Notes under the pieces: generated by a model
Seen by the model: only the letters and a program-made list of their open reading frames with translations
Databases searched by the model: none
Told to the model about the DNA's origin: nothing
Translations under genes and position numbers: made by a program
DNA from: Takakia lepidozioides
Lineage: Eukaryota > Plantae > Bryophyta
Direction of reading: 5' to 3'
Length of the DNA: 64,000 nucleotides
Assembly (NCBI GenBank): GCA_030704615.1
Contig: CM060734.1
Coordinates: 51,336,001 to 51,400,000 of the forward strand
In this document: positions 11,385 to 22,600 of the stretch, piece after piece
Layout of the letters: each line of letters begins with the position of its first letter
How positions within the stretch are numbered: position 1 is the stretch's first letter

Positions 11385-13763
11385 ATGGTTCTAATTTCTA
11401 TGTATACCATGGCGGGCCAGAGTACACCGGGTGCTATTTTGATCATGAGGCAAGGGTTCCAGCTCAAAAACATAGAATTGGTACAGTTTATGACTTCAAC
11501 AAGCTTGTCCTCCCAGACAGGAACAGAAGCTTTAAAGATTTACAGGTATGTTACGAAAGGTATTCAGCCTTGCAGGATTGCAGGGTCAATTGAGGCACAA
11601 TTTCGTGAACATCAGACTGGCGGAAGGGGTAACACCTTCACCGGCACCACTGCTTTTGAAGGAAGAGCAAGAGTGGGAGGTGACGAGAACTCTTCTGCCA
11701 TGTGGAGGGATGTGAGAACACTAAGTAAGGCAGGACGAATGAAGGAGGCGCTGGACATTCTGAACCAACGAAGAATTTCTGCAGAGTCAGAAACTTATGT
11801 CTGTCTCTTGCAGGAGTGCATCAAAGTCAAAGACATAGCAGGAGGAAAACAGGTGCACTCTCACATTATCCAAAGTAGGTTTAAGCCAAACATCTTTGTA
11901 TGCAACACCCTTATCAGCATGTACGCCAAGTGCGGAAGCATCGTGGATGCACGGCAAGTGTTTGAGAAAATGCCAGAGCGAAATTTATTTACATGGACAA
12001 TAATGATTGCAGGATATGCCAAGCATGGGTATGGTTGGGAAGCTTTGGAGACGTATCAGCAAATGCAACAGGAAGGTGTGGCGCCCAACAAGGTCACATT
12101 CATTTGCATTCTCAATGCGTGTGCCAGCCTAGGGGTCATACAAAAGGCTAAAGAGGTCCACACTGACATCATCAACGCTGGAATTCGACCAGATATCGTT
12201 CTGGAGACTGCCCTCGCTGACATGTATGCCAAATGTAGTAGTGTTAAGGATGCACGTCAAGTGTTCGACAATATGGCTGCACGAAATGTGGTTTCTTGGA
12301 ACGTGATGATTGGAGGCTATGCCCGGCATGGGTGCCTTCTTGAGGCTTTTGAGATCTACAAGCAAATGCAACAGGAAGGGGTGAAACCGGACAGGGTTAC
12401 ATTCATTTGTGTTCTCAATGCATGTGCCAACCCAGCTGCCCTGCAACAGGGTAAAGAAGTACATGGCGACATCATGGAAGCTCAAATTGGGCGCGATGTC
12501 ATTCTGGAGACTGCCCTTGTTGACATGTATGCCAAATGCGGGAACCTGAAGGATGCACGGCAAGTCTTTGATAATATGGCTAAGCGAAATGTAGTCTCAT
12601 GGAGCGCAATGATCGCAGGATATTCCCAGAATGGGTGTGGTAGGGAGGCTTTCGAGCTGTATGAGCAGATGATACAGGAAGGGGTGAAGCCTGACAGGGT
12701 GTCCTTCATTTCTGTTCTTAATGCCTGTGCCAGTCTAGGATCCCTGGAAAAGGGCAAAGAGGTCCACACTCACATCATGAAAGCTGGCATCGTGCCAGAT
12801 GTTATTCTGCAGAATAGTCTTGTTTACATGTATGCCAAAAGTGGGAGTGTAAAGGATGCACGGAAAATGTTTGAAAATATGGCTCAACAAGATGTGGTCT
12901 CATGGAACACAATGATTGCAGGATATGCTCAGCACAGGCGCGGTAGGGAGGTTTTTGAGCTTTATAAGCAAATGCAACATGAAGGGGTGATGCCAGACAG
13001 GGTCACTTTTATTTCTGTTCTAAATGCATGTGCCAGCCTAGCAGCCCTGGAACAGGGCAAAGAGGTCCATGCTGACATCATTAGTATAGGGATTGAGTCA
13101 CATATTAATTTGGAGAACACCCTTGTTAACATGTATGCCAAATGTGGGAGTCTAGAGGATGCATGGGAAGTGTTTGATAAGATGGCTGAACGGGATGTTG
13201 TCTCATGGAATGCGATGATTGCAGGCTATTGTCAGCATGGGTATGGCAGGGAGGCCCTGCAACTATTTAAACAAATGCAACAGGGAGGCTTGAAGCCGGA
13301 CGGTATCACCTTTACATCTCTTCTCTCTGCATGTAGCCATGTGGGCCTAGTTGATGAAGGCCGTCACTTCTTTGATTCAATGACTCAAGACCATGGGCTC
13401 ACTCCCACAGTGGAGCATTTTGGCTGCATGGTGGACCTTCTTGGCCGGGCAGGGCACTTGGATGAGGCAGAGGACTTTGTTGACAATATGCCAATTGAAC
13501 CAGATGCTTCAGTGTGGGGGGCCTTGCTTGGTGCCTGCAGAATCCATTGCAATGTGGGACTAGCAGAGCGTGCAGCGAAATGCCTTCTCAAGTTGGATCC
13601 ACAGGATGCAGGAACTTATGTGCTGCTATCAAATATCTATGCTTCGGCTGGCAAGTGGGATGAGACAGCAAAGGTGAGAAAAATGATGAAGGACAGAGGT
13701 GTCAGAAAGGAGCCGGGCTCAGCTGCATTGATGTTGACAACCAGGTGCACACATTTGTTGTAG
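11385..13763 (+). CDS. PLS-class pentatricopeptide repeat protein with E domains, ending at the PG box (organellar RNA-editing factor type)
   Basis: Intronless 792-aa ORF with repeated P-L-S triplets (ARQVFDNMAARNVVSWNVMIGGYA...PDRVTFICVLNACA), E1/E2 motifs (WGALLGACRIH, AGTYVLLSNIYA) and VRKEPG. First ATG at 11385; the N-terminus could be a transit peptide. Confidence 0.92.
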   Translation: MVLISMYTMAGQSTPGAILIMRQGFQLKNIELVQFMTSTSLSSQTGTEALKIYRYVTKGIQPCRIAGSIEAQFREHQTGGRGNTFTGTTAFEGRARVGGDENSSAMWRDVRTLSKAGRMKEALDILNQRRISAESETYVCLLQECIKVKDIAGGKQVHSHIIQSRFKPNIFVCNTLISMYAKCGSIVDARQVFEKMPERNLFTWTIMIAGYAKHGYGWEALETYQQMQQEGVAPNKVTFICILNACASLGVIQKAKEVHTDIINAGIRPDIVLETALADMYAKCSSVKDARQVFDNMAARNVVSWNVMIGGYARHGCLLEAFEIYKQMQQEGVKPDRVTFICVLNACANPAALQQGKEVHGDIMEAQIGRDVILETALVDMYAKCGNLKDARQVFDNMAKRNVVSWSAMIAGYSQNGCGREAFELYEQMIQEGVKPDRVSFISVLNACASLGSLEKGKEVHTHIMKAGIVPDVILQNSLVYMYAKSGSVKDARKMFENMAQQDVVSWNTMIAGYAQHRRGREVFELYKQMQHEGVMPDRVTFISVLNACASLAALEQGKEVHADIISIGIESHINLENTLVNMYAKCGSLEDAWEVFDKMAERDVVSWNAMIAGYCQHGYGREALQLFKQMQQGGLKPDGITFTSLLSACSHVGLVDEGRHFFDSMTQDHGLTPTVEHFGCMVDLLGRAGHLDEAEDFVDNMPIEPDASVWGALLGACRIHCNVGLAERAAKCLLKLDPQDAGTYVLLSNIYASAGKWDETAKVRKMMKDRGVRKEPGSAALMLTTRCTHLL

Positions 13764-14116
13764 AAGATAAATTCCATCCATAAATTGAGGAAATCCATGC
13801 TGATCTGCAGAGATTGTCTGGCCAGATGGAAGAGACTGGATATGTGCCTGACACCTGTTGGTATTGCATGATGTGGAGGAGGAGCTGAAGGAATCTTCTC
13901 TTTGGCACCACAGGAGAAGCTGGCCATTGCCTTCGGACTGATCAGGACGCCCTCTTCGACACCAATCCGTATTATCAAGAACCTTCGGGTTTGTGGTGAT
14001 TGCCACACCGCCATCAAGTTCATCTCCAAGATTGTCCAGAGAGCAGTTGTTGTATGGGGTGCCAACCGCTTCCACCACTTTCAAAGTGGGGTTTGTTCTT
14101 GTGGGGATTTTGGTAG
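13719..14116 (+). pseudogene. Decayed E+/DYW cytidine-deaminase domain of the PPR gene
   Basis: [47 protein letters not shown](S)[40 protein letters not shown](F)W*. 1-bp deletions at ~13719, ~13857, ~13913 and ~14110, and TAA at 13781. Confidence 0.88.
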
Positions 14117-15332
14117 AACAAGCAGGGGAAAAAGGAAGCCAATTGAAACAGGAGGATGTAATCTCCAAAAGACTGATGAAAGCCTGGGTACCTGGAGGAC
14201 GAGGATGAGATGATCTTATTTGGAATGATAGGAGAACGTCCCTGCACATGTTGACAGTATTTCCTCTGTGCCACAAGAGCTGCAAGGGCTCACCACCCGA
14301 TGTCAATTCATCAGAGTTGACGTTTTTACTGCGATAGTCTAATCAATCAAACATACTGCATTTATGGAACTAGCTGCAGAACGAGCGACATGTGTACTAG
14401 CCTATTCAGATCTATTCAAGTCAACTTGCTGAAGCTAGGGCTGCATGTAATCAGTGGGACAAGAATCAGTCTCAAAATTAGACATGAAAAATGCTTTTCA
14501 TGCATGCCACCTCAGTTTTCGCACACCCATGAGATTAGTCAGGCTGCTCTCTGAGTAGTTGGACCCAAGTCCAGTGACAGAAGAAGCTTATCAAACCCTG
14601 CTGAAAATGCTGAATTGAAGCAAGAGAGAGCACCCAAAATGAACAGGAATGTGGTGTGTTACATGTTGTTGGCATGTGTTGGTTTTCAATCCGTGCTAAC
14701 CTGCATTCCTGAAGTCAGCAAAACAAAATCTCTGCAAAATCTCAAACGTGTTTTGTAGTCTCTGATGGTTCATACATGCACCCAACATTGCTATATGTAG
14801 TTTGTTGAACTTGATGTTGTAGGGCCTTTAATGGCTTAAAAGAAGCCCTATAAGCGCATCGTTTGAATCATTAGACACGTCAAGCATGCTTTCGTTTATA
14901 TAATCCAAATTTCATTGTTTTTCAATGAAGTAACATTGATTAATCAGCTTAGAGGGAATATATTGCTCAAGACACAAGCGCCTTAGCTTTGGATTGCCTC
15001 CATGATTCTAATCTAGCTCTTCTAGCATTTGTTGCTTCAATTGAAGAGGGTCTCAATTAGGTAGATAAGAATTCTTAGGCAATATTCCATCTCCGAAAAA
15101 GTTCACAAACAGAGCATCCGTGCCCATTATTCGACAGATTTAAACAGATTGACTCCATCTTTGCAGCCGTTTTGACATCTCCCTTATGTTTTCACTTTGC
15201 TGCAAGTATCTTCTGCTTGTTTACAACCTCTAATCTTTCCTCCTCGCGTTTTTTCAGTCTATGCTAGTATCATTTGTTTTTGCATCTTTTTTTGTTGCAT
15301 GGCTTGTATGTATAGGGGAGGCCCCGATTGGA

Positions 15333-15405
15333 GGGCATTCCTCAATATAAGGGCACTGCCCTAGGGTGGGAGCCCCAGGGAATGCCCTTATATCGAGGAA
15401 TGCCC
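15333..15405. repeat. Near-perfect hairpin (23-bp arms) within a weaker foldback ~15285-15450
   Basis: gggcattcctcaatataagggca (15333-15355) versus revcomp of 15383-15405, gggcattcctcgatataagggca: 22/23 identity. Confidence 0.75.
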
Positions 15406-16304
15406 AACACGAGGGGCCCTTCTTGCATAAAGCATGTGCAACAAAAAGGGGTACAGTGCATTACACTACACCGGAGTGTAATGCACCGCCCTTGCTGGCC
15501 AAGCGATGAATTCTGCTTTTTAACAGCACGATAAATACAAAGAGAAAAAACTCAAAGTGCTTTATGTAACTAGTACTAGTTACCAAGACACTGCTACGTG
15601 TAATAGGCATAATAGCAAGATGTGAGGAAAGTATGGGGTCCATATGAGGCACATCACTAAATGGAAGGTTAACTCATGATGAATTAGTGCTTGTGCCCAA
15701 AATATATGGCGAGCCCTGTTGAACGACTTTTACACACCCATCCCTTAGCTATCGGAGGGGACGATACATGTGGAGGTTAAGGAATATTCTAACTATTTAG
15801 GTTGTTCAGAACAGTCAAACATGACCCACACTTAGTGTATCATGAGGTACCATGAACCTGTTTGATTAGATTAGCCTTTGGGCCCTGAAGGTGGTGGATT
15901 TTGATCTCAACAGTGTATCATCTGGTGTACTTGGGTATGTGAATGAACAGAGAGTATGTTGGATGTTTGAAGTCGTTGAGTCCTCTAGAGTAGATTCCGT
16001 CTTCTCAAGCAAGCAGGCTTTGCTGGCTCTATCCCCTTGTTATCAAATCATCCCGGAAGAGGAAGCGGAACGACCGGAATATGGCTTCACAAATAACAAA
16101 GGAAAATCTGAACGGTGCTTTATTAAGTTAAAATCAAATAATTTTTCGTTGTTGTTTGTTTGGTGCGAGGGAGGGAAGAGAGCGAGGGAGAGAGAGAGAG
16201 AGACGAGTTCCATGGCTGGCAAGATGTGCTCATAGTGTGCGTCTTCTTCTGCTGCTACTGCTGCAAGTTTACAAGGTGGAACTCAAGCAAGGAAGCGGAT
16301 CAGC

Positions 16305-17665
16305 ATGCCCAAGGTGCGGACCACTCGCACACGCTACCCCGAAGGATGGGAGCTCATCGAACCGACTTTGCGGGACTTGGAGACGAAAATGCGTGAAGGT
16401 ATGGGGCACTTGGTAGTGTGGTTTTTGCTTCTACTGTAGAAAAACAGAAGAAAAATATTTTGGGTGCAGAAAGAATTTAGGGTTCGCTAAACTACCCCTT
16501 CATACAAGCATCAATCTGCTGTGTGTGAGCTGCTCAGCAATTAGACCCCAACAGGACCAGGGCTTTAGGAGGTTTTGAGAGTTGGTGAACAGAGGTGCAG
16601 GGACTATGTTCTTGATGGTCCTGAAGAGGGTCGCTCTCTGATGAGAGTACCCCGGACATTGTATCAGAAAACGGATAGTGTATTCGGGTCGCCAGCACAT
16701 TGGGCATTGACAATCTCCCAGGTAGGCTCCCCCGCCTCAGTTTAAATTGCAGTCTATTGCCGAGGCTAGTCAGGCCCTTCAGATCATCCTTAAGGTCCTC
16801 ACGCATTGTCACAAACTGGAAACAAGTTCAGGGAAGTTTTATCCCTAGAGATTGTACTCATAAGACGTTGTTTGCCGTAGCCTTGTGGCCATTGACCCTG
16901 CGCCCAGTTTGAGCGGGAAAATGGTGAGTTTTATCCCTAGAGAGAGAGAGAGAGAGAGAGAGAAGATGTCCCTGGGAGTCCTACCCAGCAGAGAAAAATA
17001 GAAGCAAGAGCAGTACCCCACTCAATCCATCATCTTTCTCACATGAAAATGGTGACACAGCGGAGAATGAGACGCACGAGGGGAAGAGGAAGTGTGAGGC
17101 TCTTTGGCCTATCTTCAAAATCTCACATCAAAAGAGCCGCTACATTTATGACCTATTTTATCGACGGAAAGCTATATCTAGGGAGCTATTTGACTTCTGC
17201 TTAGAACAAGGGCATGCTGACAAGAATCTGATTGCCAAGTGGAAGAAGGTATTATTCTTTCCACTGTTTGCTTGTTTCCTTGATGTGTAGGCTTGTGTAA
17301 TTCTATGATTCTACTTGCATAGCGTGAGGGGTGGTATAGAATACACTTGTTTCATCCCGGGTACTTGTAAATATTCTGTTATGAATGCACAGTCACACTG
17401 ATCTAAGATGATAACATTCAGGTACAAGAAGAGCTTTTTATACTCTTAAACAGGTTGTGACTAAGTATTTTTTTGTGGGTGTGGATTGATTGGTTGGGCT
17501 GGGTGGCAGTCGGGGTATGAGCGTTTGTGTTGTTTGCGGTGCATTCAACCCCGTGACCACAACTTTGGGACCACCTGTGTGTGTCGCGTACCCAAGCACC
17601 TGCGCGAAGAGAAGGTTATTGAGTGTGTCCACTGTGGGTGCCATGGTTGTGCCAGTGGGGATTGA
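16305..17665 (+). CDS. BUD31: Pre-mRNA splicing factor BUD31 / G10 protein, 145 aa, 3 exons
   Basis: Exons 16305-16398, 17061-17248, 17510-17665 (438 nt): [22 protein letters not shown]...[20 protein letters not shown]...NLIAKWKK|[29 protein letters not shown]...[13 protein letters not shown]. Confidence 0.96.
16498..16840 (-). mobile_element. Non-LTR retrotransposon family 2 fragment (C-terminal zinc-knuckle region of ORF2) in BUD31 intron 1
   Basis: Encodes [24 protein letters not shown], matching [24 protein letters not shown] at 22298+. Also similar to 2230-2605 at the nucleotide level. Confidence 0.7.
16851..16926 (-). mobile_element. ~76-bp retro-insert (family 2 3' terminus) with TSD
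   Basis: Minus strand ...cgctcaaactgggcgcagggtcaatggccacaaggctacggcaaacaacgtcttatgagtacaa, flanked by the direct repeat agttttatccctagag at 16835-16850 and 16927-16942, next to a (GA)n tract. Confidence 0.8.
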
Positions 17666-19618
17666 TTGCAGAAGGCTTTTAATTGGCTTTTTGAATGAGT
17701 CTCTCTCAATGTTAGGTTTTCCTGGGGATTTTTTTGTAAAAGCGTGGGTGAGTGTATAACAGCCAAAGGGTGGATGGATACGTTTTGTGAATTGGTATCC
17801 TCACAGAGTATTATTTTAGGAGTTGACAATGGTTATTGGAGATGAAATTTACAAGATACAACTGTAAACTGTATGATGCAATTGCCACTGCTTGCTACTG
17901 AAAGCCAATCTCGCGTGTAATTAGCAGTTGAAGCTACTGAGTCTAGTCATTGCTCTTTGAGGTCTTAAGTGTGCAAGCATTGATGAGCCAAAGTAAAGGT
18001 TCAGTTCAAATCTTCAACCCACACAGGCAGCTCAGCAGTGCAACATTACCTGCAACACCATTGATGTGTAAAATACACCGAGCATGCCATGTTTTGAGTC
18101 TTTGTGGAGAACCAGTTGTAATTCCAGCTGGTTTCATATCCGCTGGCGAAGTCTATTGTCTGGTACATGGAGCGTCCCACTGCAGATTGATTGCCTTGCA
18201 GATTTAGAGTCCCGATTTCTGGACACTGAGGACCTCGACAGTCAGAGCAAAGCCCTTAGCTGACAGGTATCCATGCATCTCTCTGTCCGATTGCATCTAT
18301 TGATGGATGGATTTACAACTGGTGTCCATGATAACATCTATTACATTCAAGGCTCCTTCATGAATTGCAGGATGAGATTGGGAAAAGTTGTCTTTTGCAC
18401 GGTGATGTCTTATTAGTAAGGTTAGTGAATGACAGATGCACTCTCTATGGAAGTGTTCTCATATTGATATATGTTTATGAAAGCTGTTTATTCTTCATTC
18501 TGAAAAATCTTGAAGCTCATCTTGGTCAGTGGTGCTAGAGGAAGTCAATGTCCCGTATGTTCTGTTTGTTCTGGAAGCCGAGAAATGCAAACATGGTGGC
18601 TGAGAACATGCTGCATGCCCACATCCACATGCAGAAGCGGCCCAGGCTTCACAGTTTGCTATTTGATCAATAAGCTTTTGCGTTTTTTGCAACAGAAGTG
18701 AGCCCTTTCCCACTGTTTTCTGCATAATGCAATCCACCTTATAATACCTGAGCTCTGAGTTGTTCTCTGGTTGTTGTTCTTAACCTTGTTTTGATGCTGG
18801 GAGAGCTACCTCATTGTCGCCATCTTCCCCAAAATCTGTTTCCTGTTTGCATTCGAAACCCCACCATTGCTGACAGTCACTATATTTGGCAAGGCCAGAG
18901 AGGCCTTAGCTTCTCCCCTTGCTGACTTTGGAGTGGAGACAGATTTCTTAAGGGCAAATTTCCGGCCCCTCTCTGCCTGAATTGATTTCTTTCTTTTTCA
19001 AGTGTGATTTTCAAATGTCCAACGGGGCCCTTGGGAATCCCCTTGGCACACTCTTTTTGTTTCTTTGCTATGGTGACAGCCTCCTTATATGTCTTGATGG
19101 CTTTCTGGGTTTCGTTGTAGCTACAACATTATCAACTTGTTTACACTGGGCGACTTAAATGTGGCGTACTGTCTGACTTTCCAAAGTCATTTGAAACTTG
19201 TACCTTCAATAGTATCCACCAGATAACCACAGAGCCACGTGGCTTGTCACTTGTCACCCATTGTAACCAACCCAATGCGACTGATCAGCTATGTGAAACT
19301 ATTGGGGGTATTCTAGTCCTTAGGAGAGGCACTGCAACAACCATGCTACCCAGGTAGAGCATGTTAGGTGTCCCACCTTCCAAACAGAAGGCTCCGAGAT
19401 GGATATACTTTCCATATACTTGACACATCCGTAATCCAATAACGTTTTACTAATCAGCACACTCAAATATCAGCAGGGTACAGTACAACATAGGTCACAT
19501 ACCAGAAAATTTTGAACTAGGAGGAAAAAATTGTCTTTGACAAACAAATAATGTACACAAGAGAAAAGGAAAAGAAATCAGTATCTGGGTCACCTGTCAA
19601 TAACAGTAAGAGGCAGGC

Positions 19619-22600
19619 CTACAATCGGAAGTCCAACACACAGACAGTATTGTTTGAGAAGCAAGCTGCCACTTTGTCTCCCTCTCGATTCCAGCAGACC
19701 TCAAAAATTCCCCCACTCCCACGATAAGTTTTCACAAGGCTGCCATCCTTCACGGACCATATATGAAGACATTTATCAAACGAGCCACTTGCTAGGTACT
19801 CTCCACTGGGACTGAAAGCCACTGAGTAGACAGGTTCACTGCCAGTGCCAACCCCACAAAGCCCACTTGATCAGCTTAAGCCACAGAAGAATAGTTAGTG
19901 TACACCATCATCAACTGATAATTGCGAATGAGTAAAAACACACCGGGGATGCAGATTAGTGCCTTCTAAGATTATCGTTCTCAATTGGAAGAGACTGGTG
20001 AATGACAGGAAAGAATAGATGGTACGGTACGATTCATGACTGAACTGCAGAGACGCCAGCCCGGCAACCATACAGCCAAGCAGTTAAGACTTTTACCGAG
20101 GTAATACAAGTAGTATTTTCCAGCTTTCACATAATCCAGAATTAATGCCTCATAAAGCTGATATAAAACTTTTCCAGCTTTCACATAGTCCAGAGTTAAT
20201 GCCTCATAAAGCTGATATAAAACTTACCATTCAAATCTTCTTACCACCTGGATAACTTAGTCTTCGATCTGTTCACATCGTGCTGTTCTTAGCCCAGATT
20301 GGGCCGAGACGGAGCTAAGCGAAGACATGAGTCATAGGATCATGGAATTTGATCCGAACTCTGTAGTCTAATTTGCACCAAAACCGAACAAAATTCTTTA
20401 AAGATTCAAAATAAGAATGTGTATTCCACAGCTTGAGAAAGCGTAGATAATTGTGTAAGATGATGTGAACATGGTGCAACATGATGGTTGATATCATTGA
20501 AACTCACCTATGATGGGTAAGGCTGAACAGTTGGGTGCCTTGTTCCACATCCCACAGTTTGATAGTTGAATCAAAGGAGGCACTGCATGGACACCAGATC
20601 ACATGTCTCCTTCAGCATCCTACAAATGACCTTGCATTGTCCAGACTGAAACCGAGTTGTCACTGTATAAATACGAGGTTCTGAAATAACAAAATATTTG
20701 TGGGATGATGGCTGCTTCAGGATGAAATATGGTATGAATACCAGCTGCAAAACTTAATGACAAACAGCAGGATGTGAACAAGCAGCAAACACACCACAAT
20801 CAGGTCAATTAAGGTTGACCTGAAAAACTGAACAGGTTTCCTTCGCTTTATACCTTGCAAGTACCAGTTGCTGGTTAGGATTGCTTGACCCTTGTCCTGT
20901 AGGACTCCATTTGATTGTATATATTTCCTGCAAATCAGAAGGCCATCGAGTGAATTAAATAGCTAGTGACAGCCACATACATTACAACGAGTTCGTCTTC
21001 CATACACCAGACAGCTGTACTCATTAGAAAAGAGGCAGGAAAGAGAAATTTATTTCAGCCACAGGAGCGAGAGAGAAAGGCTTTACTTTACAATGAGTTG
21101 GCCATGACATTGTGAAACAGATCACTAGCCCAGCAAAAGGGACTGGGAGGAAGATAAGAGGAGGAGACAAGGAAACCCTAACATCTCCAAATAATTGCTG
21201 CTCTGGTAGTAGCCACTACCAAGGACTTAAAAGACGTCCTTCCATCACGTAGATGTGACAGAATCACTGCAGAGATGAAACCCAAACCTTCCAATAATGA
21301 GACTCGACCGAGTCAAAAGAGAGTATCTTTCCACAGTGGCAAAAGGGCCGATTCTCAGGCCAAAAATCCAATGGCAGCTCAAACCCTAATCAGAAGACCC
21401 AAACTGGAAGCAAGAAAGGTGATGAATCCCAGTGTTAGCCACTGGGAAAAGAGGCCATCTCAGACACATCACATGAAGAAATTTTCCAAAGTAACTTCAG
21501 TACTGTCCAATTTTCCTCACCTTTGTATGATCTTTGAGGTCATGCAGACACTTGTCCTGCTTTAAGCTCCATATCTGCAAATTATCTCAATGCATGATAA
21601 TCAACACCCAGGAAAAGGACAAAGCATAGTTTCCTTAAAAAAGGATGCCAACCCGACTGGCATGCATTATGAAGGTTCTTTGTGGCCCCTTGATACAGGT
21701 CTCGTTATCATTGAGACTAAGGCTTTGTCAAACAATATACTCTCGAAGATCTCAAAGATGATATGAGTTCATTAGGAATTTTAAAGGTCATTCATATCCT
21801 TATTCTAGGCTCGGGAGAGCGAATCCCATCAGACATGGAATTATGCCATCTCAATGTTTCTCAAGCAGCCAACAAAGATACCTAGCTGGGCATAGAGGCA
21901 GAGATAAGGGGGAAAACCGGGGGCATAATGGGATGCAAAGGATGAGATTTGCATAGAGGGGAGGCATGGACACAGTGATGAACCATCCCAGTAAACTATT
22001 TGTTATTGAGCAAACCTTCAAGAGGGTATGAATTTGCAAAAGAACTTACCTTGGCTGTGAAATCATCAGAGCAAGACGCTAGTAGAGTGCCAGTGGGATC
22101 CCATTTGATGGCATTCACCTCATCCTGAACCCGATCCCCGAAACCTAGTGAATGGTCCACAAACTCAACATAGACCAAAATGTGAGAAGCGCCACTGCCC
22201 TTAGTACACAATGACCTGTATACTTTGAGGTGAATACTTTGTCCATTTCTCTCCTACCTTTGAACAATAAACAGATGCAGAGAGGAAAAGGGGATGGATG
22301 TGCGGGCAACCTGAAGACTATATCCATTTTCTGATTCATTGTCCAGGATATTCTCACAAGAGAGTGACCCTCATCAAGAGCATGGCGGAGCCTACAAGCC
22401 CTGGCCTGTTGGGTTCTACCTTTTGGGCTACTCGCACACAACAGATTGACTTGTATGAAGGGTTTTCTAGAGGATATTTGGAAAGCCTAAACTAATTGTC
22501 TTTACCAAGGTAAGTCACACCACCAGAGTGAGCCCCTCACAAAGATAGTCTCTATTCCCTTTGTTTCCATCCAAACTAGGCGTGGGGTCTATGGCCACAC

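Noticed and set aside
12129-13591. Antisense ORFs over the PPR gene (also over WDR92, the LINE and the F-box-like genes)
   Set aside because: Shadow ORFs of real coding sequence on the opposite strand.
14960-15300. Possible transposase C-terminal remnant on the minus strand
   Set aside because: Only charged, coiled-coil-like fragments with stops; no catalytic motif or termini.
18495-19250. Lys-rich minus-strand coding-like stretch between BUD31 and HOS15
   Set aside because: Multiple in-frame stops and no family motif recognised.
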